Part shown: positions 10,393-20,447 of the stretch, one piece after another | How the letters are laid out: each line of letters opens with the position of its first letter | Position numbering within the stretch: position 1 is the stretch's first letter | From: Bdellovibrionales bacterium | Lineage (GTDB): Bacteria; Bdellovibrionota; Bdellovibrionia; Bdellovibrionales; DASUEL01 | Assembly (NCBI GenBank): GCA_050250255.1 | Contig: JBFWOZ010000005.1 | Coordinates: 32,001 to 96,000, forward strand | DNA length: 64,000 nucleotides | Direction of reading: 5' to 3' | Notes under the pieces: generated by a model | The model's input: only the letters and a program-made list of their open reading frames with translations | The model's database searches: none | What the model was told of the DNA's origin: nothing | Made by a program: the position numbers and the translations under genes

Positions 10393-12104
10393 GGAGGCAT
10401 GTTCTGTCGAATATGGTTTTGCACAAAACTCACCACTTGATCTGGAGCTAATGCGGTGGATTCTTTCGTCTTACGAATTATCACGTCAATCTGGTTGTTA
10501 TCAACTCCGCGCTTACCAATATTTAAACGAAGAGGAACACCTAAGAGATCAGCATCTTTAAATTTGATTCCAGGACGCTCTTCACGATCGTCGACAAAAA
10601 CTTCAATGCCCGAATCCCACAATTGTTTATAAATTTGCTCTGAGATTTCTGAACATTTGTTATCGCTTGGATCCAATAGACAAATATGAACATGATAAGG
10701 AGCAATAGGAAGTGGCCAAACGATGCCATCCTTATCGTGATTTTGTTCGACTCCTGCCTGTAAAGTGCGGGTCACACCAATGCCATAACATCCCATTTCG
10801 ATAGGCATCGCCTTACCTTGGACGTTTAAATAGTTGGCTTTCATGGCCTTAGAATATTTTGTACCTAAATAAAAGATATGACCGACTTCAATACCACGAG
10901 TAATGCGGTAGGAGCCCTTGTCACACTTTAAGCAACGATCGCCCTCTTGGGCCATGCGAAGATCTACAAGCGCCGTTTCTTTAAAATCTCTTCCGCGATT
11001 CACATTACGAAGATGTTTGTCGTCCACATTTGCGCCTACGACAAAGTTCACATAATCTTTGAGGGCCAGATCCATATAGATCGGAATTTTTAAACCCACA
11101 GGGCCGCAACTTCCTGGATGCGCGCCGCCTGTTGCCTTCACAATTTCTTCTTCCGTGAGGAAAAGAGGATCAGAGTCTAAACCAAGAGCCTTCTTCACTT
11201 TTACCGGATTTGCCTCATCATCTCCACGAAGAAGAAGCGCCACAGGTCCTTTTACACCTTGATAAAAAAGCGTCTTCACAAGATTTTTAGCAGGAACCTT
11301 AAGGCTTTGACTCAAATCTTCGATGGTACGAAGGTTTGGAGTATCAAAAGTTTCAAGGGCTTGAGGGGCACCACTTGTAGGAGCTGGCTCTTCTCCACAA
11401 TGAGCCACCTCAATGTTCGCCGCAAAATCACAAGCATTACAGAAAACAATCTTATCTTCACCGGATTCGGCAAGAACTTGAAACTCGTGAGTCATATTCC
11501 CGCCAATATTGCCGGCATCAGCCTCCACAATCCGATAATCAAGGCCTAAGCGTGCGAAAATCGCAATGTAAGCCTCTCTCATGATTTCATAACTTTTATG
11601 CGCCGATGGCACATCAGCATCAAAGCTGTAAGCATCCTTCATAATAAATTCGCGACCACGCATGAGCCCGAAACGAGGACGAATTTCATCTCGATACTTT
11701 GTCTGAATTTGATAGAGATTTTTCGGGAGATCACGGTAGCTTCGAACGTCACTTCTTACGATATCCGTAACCACTTCTTCATGAGTTGCACCCAAACAGA
11801 AAAGATGGCCGTTACGATTTTTGAATTTCAAAAGGACATCGATATTGAGGCGATTGGTTTCGGCCCATAATTCTTGGGGCTGAACCATAGGCATCAAAAT
11901 TTCGGTACAATTGCGTTTATCTAGCTCTTCACGAATAATTTTTTCGATTTTTCGCAAAACACGAAGTCCCAAATTTTGAAGTGTGAAAATGCCAGGAGCC
12001 AATTTTTTAATATAGCCAGCACGAACAAGAAGCTGGTGGCTGATGATTTCAGCATCAGCTGGTGCTTCGCGAGTAGTAAAAACAAAATTCTTTGTCCACT
12101 TCAT
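10386..12104 (-). CDS. proS: Proline--tRNA ligase (bacterial type with INS editing domain)
   Basis: RDEIRPRFGLMRGREFIMKDAYSF, GIEVGHIFYLGTKYS, MGCYGIGV. Confidence 0.98.
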   Translation of the reverse strand: MKWTKNFVFTTREAPADAEIISHQLLVRAGYIKKLAPGIFTLQNLGLRVLRKIEKIIREELDKRNCTEILMPMVQPQELWAETNRLNIDVLLKFKNRNGHLFCLGATHEEVVTDIVRSDVRSYRDLPKNLYQIQTKYRDEIRPRFGLMRGREFIMKDAYSFDADVPSAHKSYEIMREAYIAIFARLGLDYRIVEADAGNIGGNMTHEFQVLAESGEDKIVFCNACDFAANIEVAHCGEEPAPTSGAPQALETFDTPNLRTIEDLSQSLKVPAKNLVKTLFYQGVKGPVALLLRGDDEANPVKVKKALGLDSDPLFLTEEEIVKATGGAHPGSCGPVGLKIPIYMDLALKDYVNFVVGANVDDKHLRNVNRGRDFKETALVDLRMAQEGDRCLKCDKGSYRITRGIEVGHIFYLGTKYSKAMKANYLNVQGKAMPIEMGCYGIGVTRTLQAGVEQNHDKDGIVWPLPIAPYHVHICLLDPSDNKCSEISEQIYKQLWDSGIEVFVDDREERPGIKFKDADLLGVPLRLNIGKRGVDNNQIDVIIRKTKESTALAPDQVVSFVQNHIRQNMPPC

Positions 12105-13468
12105 ACAACATCAATTCCGTAAGATTTAATTTTGCGATGGAGATGACTTCTTTCAAGTCCAATCACTTCGGCCGTCTTACTTACGTTTCCGTTATTTTCT
12201 GCCAATTTCTTTAAAATATACTCTTTTTCGAATTGAGCTCGAGCCATTTTAAAATTTGAGATTTGGCTCACAGAATCTTCACCCAATTCATCACCCACGT
12301 TAAGTCCCGCAAACTTCAAATCATGAACGTTCACTTCTTCGCTAGGAGTAAGAATGTAAATACGCTCTACAAAATTACGAAGTTCACGAACATTGCCCGA
12401 CCACTGGTATTGTTTGAGATGGTCCATGGCTTCTGCAGAAAAAACCTTAGGCTTACTAGCTCCTTCTTTTGCAAAGTATTCGCTGAAGTGCAGAATGAGG
12501 GCCGGAATATCTTCTTTACGATCTTTTAGTGGCGGAATTTTTATATAATCAGATTGGAGCATCTGCAGAAGAGGGGCGTGAAACTTTGCTTCTTTTGCCA
12601 AGATGGAGAGGTCTCGCGTCGAAGCGACAATAATACGTACGTCGCCTTCGATTTTCTGCTCTCCACCAACTCTTGTGAACTTTCCTGAAGATAAATATTC
12701 CGAAAGTTTTTGCTGTGACGACAAGGTCAGATCAGAAATTTCGTCTATATAAAGAGTGCCACCATTCGCATGGTCTAACTTGCCTTTAGTTGCCTGCTGA
12801 GCACCGGCAAAAGCCCCTTTTTCATATCCAAAAAGCTCCATCTCCATCAGATCAGGAGACAAAGTGGAACAACTGACTTCTACAAAAGGGGAGCTGGCTC
12901 GAGCGCTGAGATAATGAAGATTTAAAGCCGAAAGTTCTTTACCACTTCCCTTCTCACCATAGATGAGCACTGGGGCGGGAGAACTCGCAACACGAGAAAG
13001 TGTCTGTTTTAATGCCATCATCGCGGCATGCTCACCGATGATGGCGATATTTTTTCTCAGGCGATTAAGGAGAGAACGTTTTTCGCCCTTCTCTCTTTGA
13101 TAAAGAATAATATTCGTCAAAAGAATAAAAATTTTCTCCATCGATAGCGGTTTCTCAACAAAATCCCAAGCGCCCAGCTTGGTTGCCCTCACTGCGGTTT
13201 CAATGTTTCCGTGTCCAGACATGACAATGTATTCCACATTAGGAAACTTAGGTTTTGCGATTCGTAAAACATCAATGCCGTCGTAAGTGCCCGGCATCCA
13301 GATATCGAGAAGAACAACATGTGGTTGAAACTCACCAATCATTTTAATGGCTTCTTCGCCCTGACTCGCTAACCGAACGTCGTAGTTTTCGTCTTGCAAA
13401 GAAGCACAAAGCACCTCGCGGATAGGAGCTTCATCATCTACAATGAGTACTCTAGATTTTTGGCTCAT
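12101..13468 (-). CDS. ntrX: NtrX-like response regulator (receiver + AAA+ + Fis HTH)
   Basis: LLDIWMP receiver, SGHGNIETAV, GEKGSGKE, GAFAGA, IGLERSHLHRKIK HTH; coupled to an NtrY-like kinase. Confidence 0.8.
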   Translation of the reverse strand: MSQKSRVLIVDDEAPIREVLCASLQDENYDVRLASQGEEAIKMIGEFQPHVVLLDIWMPGTYDGIDVLRIAKPKFPNVEYIVMSGHGNIETAVRATKLGAWDFVEKPLSMEKIFILLTNIILYQREKGEKRSLLNRLRKNIAIIGEHAAMMALKQTLSRVASSPAPVLIYGEKGSGKELSALNLHYLSARASSPFVEVSCSTLSPDLMEMELFGYEKGAFAGAQQATKGKLDHANGGTLYIDEISDLTLSSQQKLSEYLSSGKFTRVGGEQKIEGDVRIIVASTRDLSILAKEAKFHAPLLQMLQSDYIKIPPLKDRKEDIPALILHFSEYFAKEGASKPKVFSAEAMDHLKQYQWSGNVRELRNFVERIYILTPSEEVNVHDLKFAGLNVGDELGEDSVSQISNFKMARAQFEKEYILKKLAENNGNVSKTAEVIGLERSHLHRKIKSYGIDVV

Positions 13469-15744
13469 GAAATATCACCCATATCTGAAAAGTCTTTATT
13501 ATTCTTAAATACCGCCGTTTGTACGACTGGTAATTCAAATATCATTTTTGTTCCCGCAGGGGAATTGGCATACGTGCGAATAAAACCATTATGATCTTCA
13601 ATAATACGTTTTACGATCGCTAACCCTAAGCCTGTACCTTGCTTTTTTGTACTAAAATAAGGCTCAAAAATACGATTACGATCTGCTTCCGCAATGCCAG
13701 GTCCGTTGTCGATCACTTCAACCTTCGCAATTTTAAGCACCTTATCATAATGCGTCCTGATATCAATAGTGCCATTGGGGATCTGCTCTAACGCAGCAAC
13801 CGAATTATCCAATAGATTCGTTAACACACGCTTAATCTGCTCAGGGTCAAAAGCAAATTCTGGAAGATCAGGATCGCTGTGGAATCGAAATTGAATTTCT
13901 TTATGTCCCGTTTGGAATAAGACGAGCGCTTCATCAATGATTTTGTTCAAATAACCAAAAACCGGCTTTGCCTGCGGAAGGCGCGCAAAGTTACTAAATT
14001 CATTCACGAGATTTTTAAGTTCATCCACCTGTTTAATAATTGTTTCAGTACAACTTGAAAATGCGGGATCCTGAATCGCCCCACCAAATTTCTTTTCTAA
14101 ACGTTGGGCTGAAAGCCGAATAGGTGTAAGGGGGTTCTTAATTTCATGGGCGATACGACGAGCTACCTCTCTCCAAGCCGCCGCTCTTTGCGCATTCACC
14201 ATGACAGAGAGGTCATCAAATACAAAAACAATACCTAGTTCTTCTCCCCCCTCATCCTTCAAAAGGGAAACTGTGAATTGCGTCAGCAAAACATCCTGGC
14301 CCACTTTGAGTTGCACTTCTTTCGTCTGACTTTGGGCACGACGAGTTTTCAGTTGAGTGATCATTTCCTCAATCACGGTGACCATCTCAGGCTTCAAAAG
14401 CTGCTGATAAGGTTTCCCGATATAATCCTCACGCCGAACGTGGAGTAAATGTTCTGCATGACTATTGATTGTCGTAATGTAGCCACGCGGATTTGCTGAC
14501 ACCACGCCCGTCGTAATATTTGCGAGCACGACCTCAATATAGCGATTGTGATCATCTAGCCGGTTGAGTGTTTCTTTTAACTCTAAGTTCGCTTTATTGA
14601 CCTGCTTTTCCGTTTGATCAAGGTTGAAGGTCATCTGGTTAAAGCTATTAATAAGTTGGGTGATCTCTTGGCTTCCCGAAGTAATTCCCACAGGTTGATA
14701 ATTCCCCGCGGAGATTCTTCTGGTCGCAATTCCTAGTAATTCCAAAGGGGTCGATAAGGTTTTGGCAAGGTGAAACCCAAACCAAGTCGCTGCTAACAAA
14801 ATGACTAATGTCATAAGAATCAAAATAATAAGGTAGATGGATTTAATCGGATATTCGAGCGGGTTAATATCTCGAAAATCATCGTAGGCCGCCGCAATAT
14901 CATCCATTTTCGAAATCAGGGACATCGGCACAAAGGAGGAAACCACCACGGCTCCTACCTGTTTTTTGTTCCACTCTAAAGGTACGATAACACGTACCAA
15001 GTTACCTTCTCCAAAATGGTGAATCATCGAAGCTTCGACCTTTTGTCCAATTCCTTTTTGGAGGAACTCCATGCTGACACGAGGAATTTCAGGAATGGCC
15101 TCGTCTTTTGAAATCACGACCGCTCTCTGACCGAAAATTCCTGGATAATATTCAACGGCATCAATTCGGTATCGATCTAGAAGTTGTTTGAGACTTTGAT
15201 TGATGTTTCGTGCCTTCGTTTCTTTGAGATTGCGCGCAATCTGGTGAGCGAAGTGATAGTTCTTTTTCTTCGCCGTTGTGTAGTAGGCGTTTGTGACTTC
15301 CAAGGAATCTTTTAAAACTCCGGCCATTTTCGCACTAAACCATTTATCGAAATTTGAATTAATATAAAATACCGAAATCAAGAACATGAGAACGGTAGGT
15401 ACAAAGCTAAACGCGACGAAAGCAGCAACGAGCTTTCCCTTAAGAGAACTTCCAATTAGCTTACTTTGTCTTTCAACGAAAATTTTAACGACGTTTCGAA
15501 AGATGAGAAATAAGAGAAATAGCAGAAGGGCAATGTTGAGGTTCACAAGCCCGAAAAAGAAAATCGAGTGAATGAACGGGAGCTTCTGACTCACGGAAGT
15601 CATGAAGTATCCCACCCACGTAAGGACTAAAAATAGAAGACCCAAGACCACGACGAGAACAAGTTCTCGTCGACGCTTTTTAGCCTCTTGCTGCTCAGCC
15701 TTGAGCCTTCCTTCATTGGAGATATCCATATTAGAGCTACCCAC
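13465..15744 (-). CDS. ntrY: NtrY-like sensor histidine kinase (TM, HAMP, PAS, HisKA, HATPase)
   Basis: AAWREVARRIAHEIKNPLTPIRLSAQRL (NtrY signature), GTGLGLAIV. Start may be ATG 15729. Confidence 0.88.
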   Translation of the reverse strand: MGSSNMDISNEGRLKAEQQEAKKRRRELVLVVVLGLLFLVLTWVGYFMTSVSQKLPFIHSIFFFGLVNLNIALLLFLLFLIFRNVVKIFVERQSKLIGSSLKGKLVAAFVAFSFVPTVLMFLISVFYINSNFDKWFSAKMAGVLKDSLEVTNAYYTTAKKKNYHFAHQIARNLKETKARNINQSLKQLLDRYRIDAVEYYPGIFGQRAVVISKDEAIPEIPRVSMEFLQKGIGQKVEASMIHHFGEGNLVRVIVPLEWNKKQVGAVVVSSFVPMSLISKMDDIAAAYDDFRDINPLEYPIKSIYLIILILMTLVILLAATWFGFHLAKTLSTPLELLGIATRRISAGNYQPVGITSGSQEITQLINSFNQMTFNLDQTEKQVNKANLELKETLNRLDDHNRYIEVVLANITTGVVSANPRGYITTINSHAEHLLHVRREDYIGKPYQQLLKPEMVTVIEEMITQLKTRRAQSQTKEVQLKVGQDVLLTQFTVSLLKDEGGEELGIVFVFDDLSVMVNAQRAAAWREVARRIAHEIKNPLTPIRLSAQRLEKKFGGAIQDPAFSSCTETIIKQVDELKNLVNEFSNFARLPQAKPVFGYLNKIIDEALVLFQTGHKEIQFRFHSDPDLPEFAFDPEQIKRVLTNLLDNSVAALEQIPNGTIDIRTHYDKVLKIAKVEVIDNGPGIAEADRNRIFEPYFSTKKQGTGLGLAIVKRIIEDHNGFIRTYANSPAGTKMIFELPVVQTAVFKNNKDFSDMGDIS

Positions 15745-15757
15745 AGGCTTCTATGCT

Positions 15758-15808
15758 AGAGCTCATCTTAAAAATAGGCAAGGCTTGCCTATTTTTAAGA
15801 TGAGCTCT
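15758..15808. repeat. Perfect 51-bp palindrome (25-bp arms, 1-nt centre)
   Basis: AGAGCTCATCTTAAAAATAGGCAAG-G-CTTGCCTATTTTTAAGATGAGCTCT. Confidence 0.95.
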
Positions 15809-15836
15809 GTTTTATCCTAAGGGGAGGAAAGAAAAC

Positions 15837-16061
15837 TTATTGCGGAATTTCGCGGTAGATCGAACTGCCAACCTGAAACGCAGGTCCGCCTTTTTTGATC
15901 AACTCGAGGCAAAGATTTTTTGCTTCTTCGCTATTTAATGCATCTGCTTGATAGGGAATGCCTGTTGTAACAACGGCTGAGTCCAAGATGAGCTTTGCAT
16001 CATATGCACTCACTCTCTGCTGCAAGCTTTTTAGAAAGTGATTCAACGTGATCTGTTCCAT
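15837..16061 (-). CDS. Hypothetical protein (74 aa)
   Basis: ATG with GAGGAG SD directly after ribH; no recognisable motif. Confidence 0.7.
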   Translation of the reverse strand: MEQITLNHFLKSLQQRVSAYDAKLILDSAVVTTGIPYQADALNSEEAKNLCLELIKKGGPAFQVGSSIYREIPQ

Positions 16062-16071
16062 TACATACTCC

Positions 16072-16548
16072 TCAGTTTGAAGGGGGATTGATTGACTTGA
16101 CTAACTTAATCATTTCCAAAGCGACCTGAGCCGCCTCGTAACCTTTATTTCCATGTTTGCCCCCCGCGCGATCCAATGCCTGCTGTAAGTTTTCTGTTGT
16201 GATCACACCAAACGCGACCGGCTTTGTGAACTTCAATTGAAGTTCCGTACAACCGCGTTCAACCGCTTCACAGATAGACTCATAGTGAGTGGTTTCTCCG
16301 CGAATGACCGCCCCTAAGGCCACCACTGCATCAACCCCCGATTGCAATAGCGCTTGTGCGGCTAACGGAATTTCAAATGCGCCAGGAACGCGAACCACTT
16401 GTGTTTGGGTAACTCCTGCTTCTGAAAGATATTGAAGGGCACCCGTTTCTAAAATTTCGGTAATTTGAGAGTTCCATCGCGCGGTTACAACACCCACACG
16501 CACATGAGGCATTTGAATTTTGGAAAATTCAGGGCGCAAATCGCTCAT
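16072..16548 (-). CDS. ribH: 6,7-dimethyl-8-ribityllumazine synthase
   Basis: VPGAFEIP, LGAVIRGETTHYE, RAGGKHGNKG. Confidence 0.97.
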   Translation of the reverse strand: MSDLRPEFSKIQMPHVRVGVVTARWNSQITEILETGALQYLSEAGVTQTQVVRVPGAFEIPLAAQALLQSGVDAVVALGAVIRGETTHYESICEAVERGCTELQLKFTKPVAFGVITTENLQQALDRAGGKHGNKGYEAAQVALEMIKLVKSINPPSN

Positions 16549-17786
16549 AGCTGCCCTTCAGGCGTCGGAGTCTCTTTCCAGGTATCAAGTCCGAGAAGAT
16601 GACCTAATTTTTCTTTTTTTGCTGAGAGATAAGATTTGTTTTGGCTGTTCCAGCCTGCTTCCAGAGGAACACGCTCAACGATTTCTAATCCGTAACCTTT
16701 GAGACCGATGCGTTTCGCGGGATTGTTCGTCATCAAACGAATTTTTTGAAGACCCAATGAGCGTAAAATTTGAGCGCCAATTCCGTAATCACGACGATCC
16801 GCAGGGAATCCTAAATGAATGTTGGCCTCTACTGTGTCGAGACCAGAATCTTGTAGTTTGTAAGCTTTAATTTTATTTGCAAGTCCGATTCCACGACCTT
16901 CTTGTCGCAAATATAGAATAAGACCTGAGCCTTCTTTTTCAATAAATTGAATGGCTCGCTGAAGTTGAGGACCACAATCGCAGCGCAAACTTCCAAACAC
17001 ATCACCGGTCATACATTCTGAATGAACTCGTACTAGAAACGGTTTATCAGCTTCAACTTCACCCTTTTGCAGTACAATATGCTCTGAATCATCAAGGAGA
17101 TTTTTAAATACTCGAACCTGAAACCCTTCTCCCCATTGTGTAGGTAGACGAGCCTCGGCAACCTCAGTCACCAGACTTTCATTTTGTACTCGATAACGAA
17201 TCAAATCGACGATCGTTCCAATTTTAATATTAAATTTCGTAGCGAAAGCTTTGAGATCTGGCAAACGAGCCATTGTTCCATCTTCATTCATGATTTCACA
17301 AATGACGGCAGCAGGGTTTAGTCCAGCAAGACGAACCACATCCACACTCGCTTCCGTATGCCCGGCTCTTTTTAAAACACCACCAGATTGAGCACGAATA
17401 GGAAAAATATGTCCTGGAGTAATAATGTCCGAAGGAACAGCATCAGGATTTGCAGCCACACGAATCGTATGCGCACGGTCAGCCGCAGAAATACCAGTTG
17501 TTACGCCTTTTGATGCTTCAATGCTGACGGTAAAAGCAGTGCGATTAGGTGAGAAGTTCAGTTCTTCACGTACCATCAAGGGAAGATTTAATTTTTTGGC
17601 ATGGTCTGCAGTGACACTGAGACAAATAAGCCCGCGAGCTTCTTTGGACATAAAGTTGATAAATGCAGGTGTGATGGCATCGGCAGCAATAACCAGATCA
17701 CCCTCGTTCTCTCGATCTTCGTCATCAACTAAAATGACCATGCGGCCATTTTTAATGTCTTCAATGATTTCTGTAACGCTATTCAA
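16545..17786 (-). CDS. ribBA: Bifunctional DHBP synthase / GTP cyclohydrolase II
   Basis: [45 protein letters not shown]. Confidence 0.97.
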   Translation of the reverse strand: MNSVTEIIEDIKNGRMVILVDDEDRENEGDLVIAADAITPAFINFMSKEARGLICLSVTADHAKKLNLPLMVREELNFSPNRTAFTVSIEASKGVTTGISAADRAHTIRVAANPDAVPSDIITPGHIFPIRAQSGGVLKRAGHTEASVDVVRLAGLNPAAVICEIMNEDGTMARLPDLKAFATKFNIKIGTIVDLIRYRVQNESLVTEVAEARLPTQWGEGFQVRVFKNLLDDSEHIVLQKGEVEADKPFLVRVHSECMTGDVFGSLRCDCGPQLQRAIQFIEKEGSGLILYLRQEGRGIGLANKIKAYKLQDSGLDTVEANIHLGFPADRRDYGIGAQILRSLGLQKIRLMTNNPAKRIGLKGYGLEIVERVPLEAGWNSQNKSYLSAKKEKLGHLLGLDTWKETPTPEGQL

Positions 17787-18402
17787 AATCTACTCCGTCC
17801 AACCCGCCAGGACTTTGTCGCTTAAAATTAATCAGCGCGCGCGCCATGCAATCTACTTCAATGTTCACATAATCGCCCGTTTGCAAAGTGGGGAGGTTGG
17901 TTCGGCGAAGGGTCTCAGGAATAAGGCAAACTTCAATTTGATCGCCTTCGATTTTGTTCACCGTGAGGCTTACCCCATTGAGAGTCACACTTCCTTTTTT
18001 CCAAATGTACGGAACAGTCTCAGTAGGTGCTTGAACTTTTAAAATCAGTGATTCTCCCTGACGGAGAGATTCTTTTACCTGAGCAACACCATCCACGTGA
18101 CCGAGCACCATATGACCGTGCATACGATCACCTAAACGAAGAGATCGCTCGACATTCACTGGCTTTTTGCTTTGTAAGTCGTTGCCCCAAGTGGTGAGAT
18201 GCAAAGTTTCAGGGCCAATTGTAAATTCAATTTGTTCAGGTGAAATAGATTCGACGGTCAGACAAGTACCGTTAACAGAAATGCTATCCCCTAAAGAAAC
18301 ATCATCAAAAATAAAGGGACGTTCGATGATGAGTTTACTGACATTCTCTTGGGTTTCGAGCGATAAGATGCGCGTTTGACCTTCAACTATACCTGAAAAC
18401 AT
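17779..18402 (-). CDS. ribE: Riboflavin synthase (alpha chain)
   Basis: Canonical MFSGIV N-terminus at ATG 18402; [25 protein letters not shown]. Confidence 0.96.
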   Translation of the reverse strand: MFSGIVEGQTRILSLETQENVSKLIIERPFIFDDVSLGDSISVNGTCLTVESISPEQIEFTIGPETLHLTTWGNDLQSKKPVNVERSLRLGDRMHGHMVLGHVDGVAQVKESLRQGESLILKVQAPTETVPYIWKKGSVTLNGVSLTVNKIEGDQIEVCLIPETLRRTNLPTLQTGDYVNIEVDCMARALINFKRQSPGGLDGVDFE

Positions 18403-18408
18403 TTCGAG

Positions 18409-18442
18409 ACTATAACTCCATTGACATATCACGTCAATGGAG
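18409..18442 (-). promoter_or_regulatory. Leaderless sigma70 promoter of the rib operon with an overlapping 27-bp palindrome
   Basis: TTGACG(18437-18432)-N17-TATAGT(18414-18409)-N6-ATG; CTCCATTGAC-N7-GTCAATGGAG at 18416-18442. Confidence 0.7.
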
Positions 18443-18461
18443 CAATCGAAATTCTTAGGGT

Positions 18462-20372
18462 TTAATCAACGAAAGTAATGAGGCGCAGGGTGGTTTCTAA
18501 CATATTGTTAGTGTTGATGTTTTCGCCAGGTACGGGCAAAATTTCAATCTGCATAGGATAGTTTGGATTAGGAGAAGTCGCCTCTTCAAGAAGCCAGGTC
18601 GCTTCCATCACAACTTCACCCCCTGCTGGGACCTCAGATGTGCGTGTTGAAGAGATTGCAGCAAGGTTCTTCCATTTTTCATCCAAAAGATTGTCTGGGG
18701 TTAAATCTATGCGAATTTTTGCCTGAGGAATTTCTGCCGGTACCAAGCCAGAATTATGAACGCGAAATTTCACTCGAACGTCATTACCGCCCTCTTCAAC
18801 CCACACAAATTCAGGTAGAATTGCCAAATCCGGCTGTAAGGAGCGCACGGACCCTTTCCATTTCACTGTCTCTCTTGTAATGGGTGAGCGAGATTTCAAC
18901 TTATTTGCAACCACACGCCAGGCTTCATATCCCGTGTCGTTCCATACTTTGGGTCCGATCGGAACTCCCATTTCGCGAAGTCGCAAAAAGAAATCCAAAA
19001 TACCTCTCGTGCTCGAAATAGAATAATTTTGAATCAAAGAAAGTGGTTGTCCGCCCACCTTGATGGAGACAATTGGATCCGTTTTATTGTGATCAATGAC
19101 CATTTCAAGATTGCTCATTTTAAGAGGGAGTTTCGCTTTAGCAAAAACACTCATGAGTGCTCGCAAAACATACCCGCGCACATTATAAGTGAGAATGGTC
19201 CACGCTTTTTTGTTTTCGTTTTGATAAACATGTGGAAATAAATTGAAAAGATCAGCCGTGTGATTCCAACCTTTCAAAAGGTCAGAGCTGGAAAACATCG
19301 GCGTATCAAATGCAACGTCTGTCTGGCCGACTTCACGAAGAGCATCAACGCTTAGTTGACCTAACCAATCATTTGTAAAAAGATCGTTCGCAATCGCCAA
19401 TTCCACTTCACTAAAAACAACATTATCACTAAAAATCGGGCCGCCAAATTGCTGTTCTATTTTTTTCTCTGCGAGGCCTACCAGCTGCATCACTTGTGGA
19501 TTAGCTGGTACGGAGCTGTCGATATGATGAAGGGTGTGTCGTGTTACCGAAATCGCACCGCTGTCAGCGATATTGAACTCGTACTCACCTAAGAACTCTC
19601 CCCATTTTCCGACATGAAAAATAGGTACATGATTTTGGTAGAATGGTTCTTTAAGAAGAAGATGTGAGTGCCCACCAATAATCACATCGATGCCAGGAAT
19701 ACGCGCCAGCATTTTATCTTGCCCATACCCTAAGTGAGTCAACGCAATGACTACATCACATCGTTCCACCGCACGAAGATGTTGTACGTAATTTGATGCC
19801 GTTGTGAACGGATCTACAATTTTCACCGGCGCAAAAAAATGATCAAAGATCACTTGAAAGGTTGAAAGACCTAAAATTCCAATCTTTTTTCCGCCCACAT
19901 ATTTGATCGTGTAGGGTTTAATCACCTGCTCTAACGGAACCTGAGGGGAAAGACCTTGAAAATTGAGGTTCGCACTAATCACGGGAGTTTTCATGTTGGC
20001 TTTTAAAAATGCATCGTAAAGCTCATTAGGACCAACAAGCCAATCATGATTTCCTAAGACCAGAGCATCGTAGTTAAACGTCTGAAGAAGAGTCTGTGTC
20101 TGCGCACCTGAATCAAGAGTAAAGAAAATATTGCCTTCGCTCCAATCACCCGCATCAAGCAAAAGCGTATTGGGAGTCGTCTGGCGAAGTTGATCGATTT
20201 TAGTTTTCAATCTCGCAAAACCGCCAAGTCCTCTGACAGATTGTCGGCTTGTAAAATGACTATGAAGATCACTGGTATGGAGAATAGTGAATTTTGTGTC
20301 AGCGAATGCGGTAGAGCTTGCGACCAGGATACAAAACACTAGGATGTCGTACAGTCGGCAAAAGCGTATCAT
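18462..20372 (-). CDS. Exported bifunctional metallophosphatase / 5'-nucleotidase with C-terminal CARDB/Ig-like domain
   Basis: Signal peptide ...STAFA|D; HTSDLH, LDAGD, LGNHD, THLG, GGHSH calcineurin-like motifs; C-terminal PDL...VHNSG...ENINTNN. Confidence 0.85.
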   Translation of the reverse strand: MIRFCRLYDILVFCILVASSTAFADTKFTILHTSDLHSHFTSRQSVRGLGGFARLKTKIDQLRQTTPNTLLLDAGDWSEGNIFFTLDSGAQTQTLLQTFNYDALVLGNHDWLVGPNELYDAFLKANMKTPVISANLNFQGLSPQVPLEQVIKPYTIKYVGGKKIGILGLSTFQVIFDHFFAPVKIVDPFTTASNYVQHLRAVERCDVVIALTHLGYGQDKMLARIPGIDVIIGGHSHLLLKEPFYQNHVPIFHVGKWGEFLGEYEFNIADSGAISVTRHTLHHIDSSVPANPQVMQLVGLAEKKIEQQFGGPIFSDNVVFSEVELAIANDLFTNDWLGQLSVDALREVGQTDVAFDTPMFSSSDLLKGWNHTADLFNLFPHVYQNENKKAWTILTYNVRGYVLRALMSVFAKAKLPLKMSNLEMVIDHNKTDPIVSIKVGGQPLSLIQNYSISSTRGILDFFLRLREMGVPIGPKVWNDTGYEAWRVVANKLKSRSPITRETVKWKGSVRSLQPDLAILPEFVWVEEGGNDVRVKFRVHNSGLVPAEIPQAKIRIDLTPDNLLDEKWKNLAAISSTRTSEVPAGGEVVMEATWLLEEATSPNPNYPMQIEILPVPGENINTNNMLETTLRLITFVD

Positions 20373-20447
20373 GTTCCCCCTAAGCCCTCTAAGATCCCGA
20401 GGGCTATCGATGCTTATTTCTTTCAATAGTTTAGAAAGGTCAATCCT

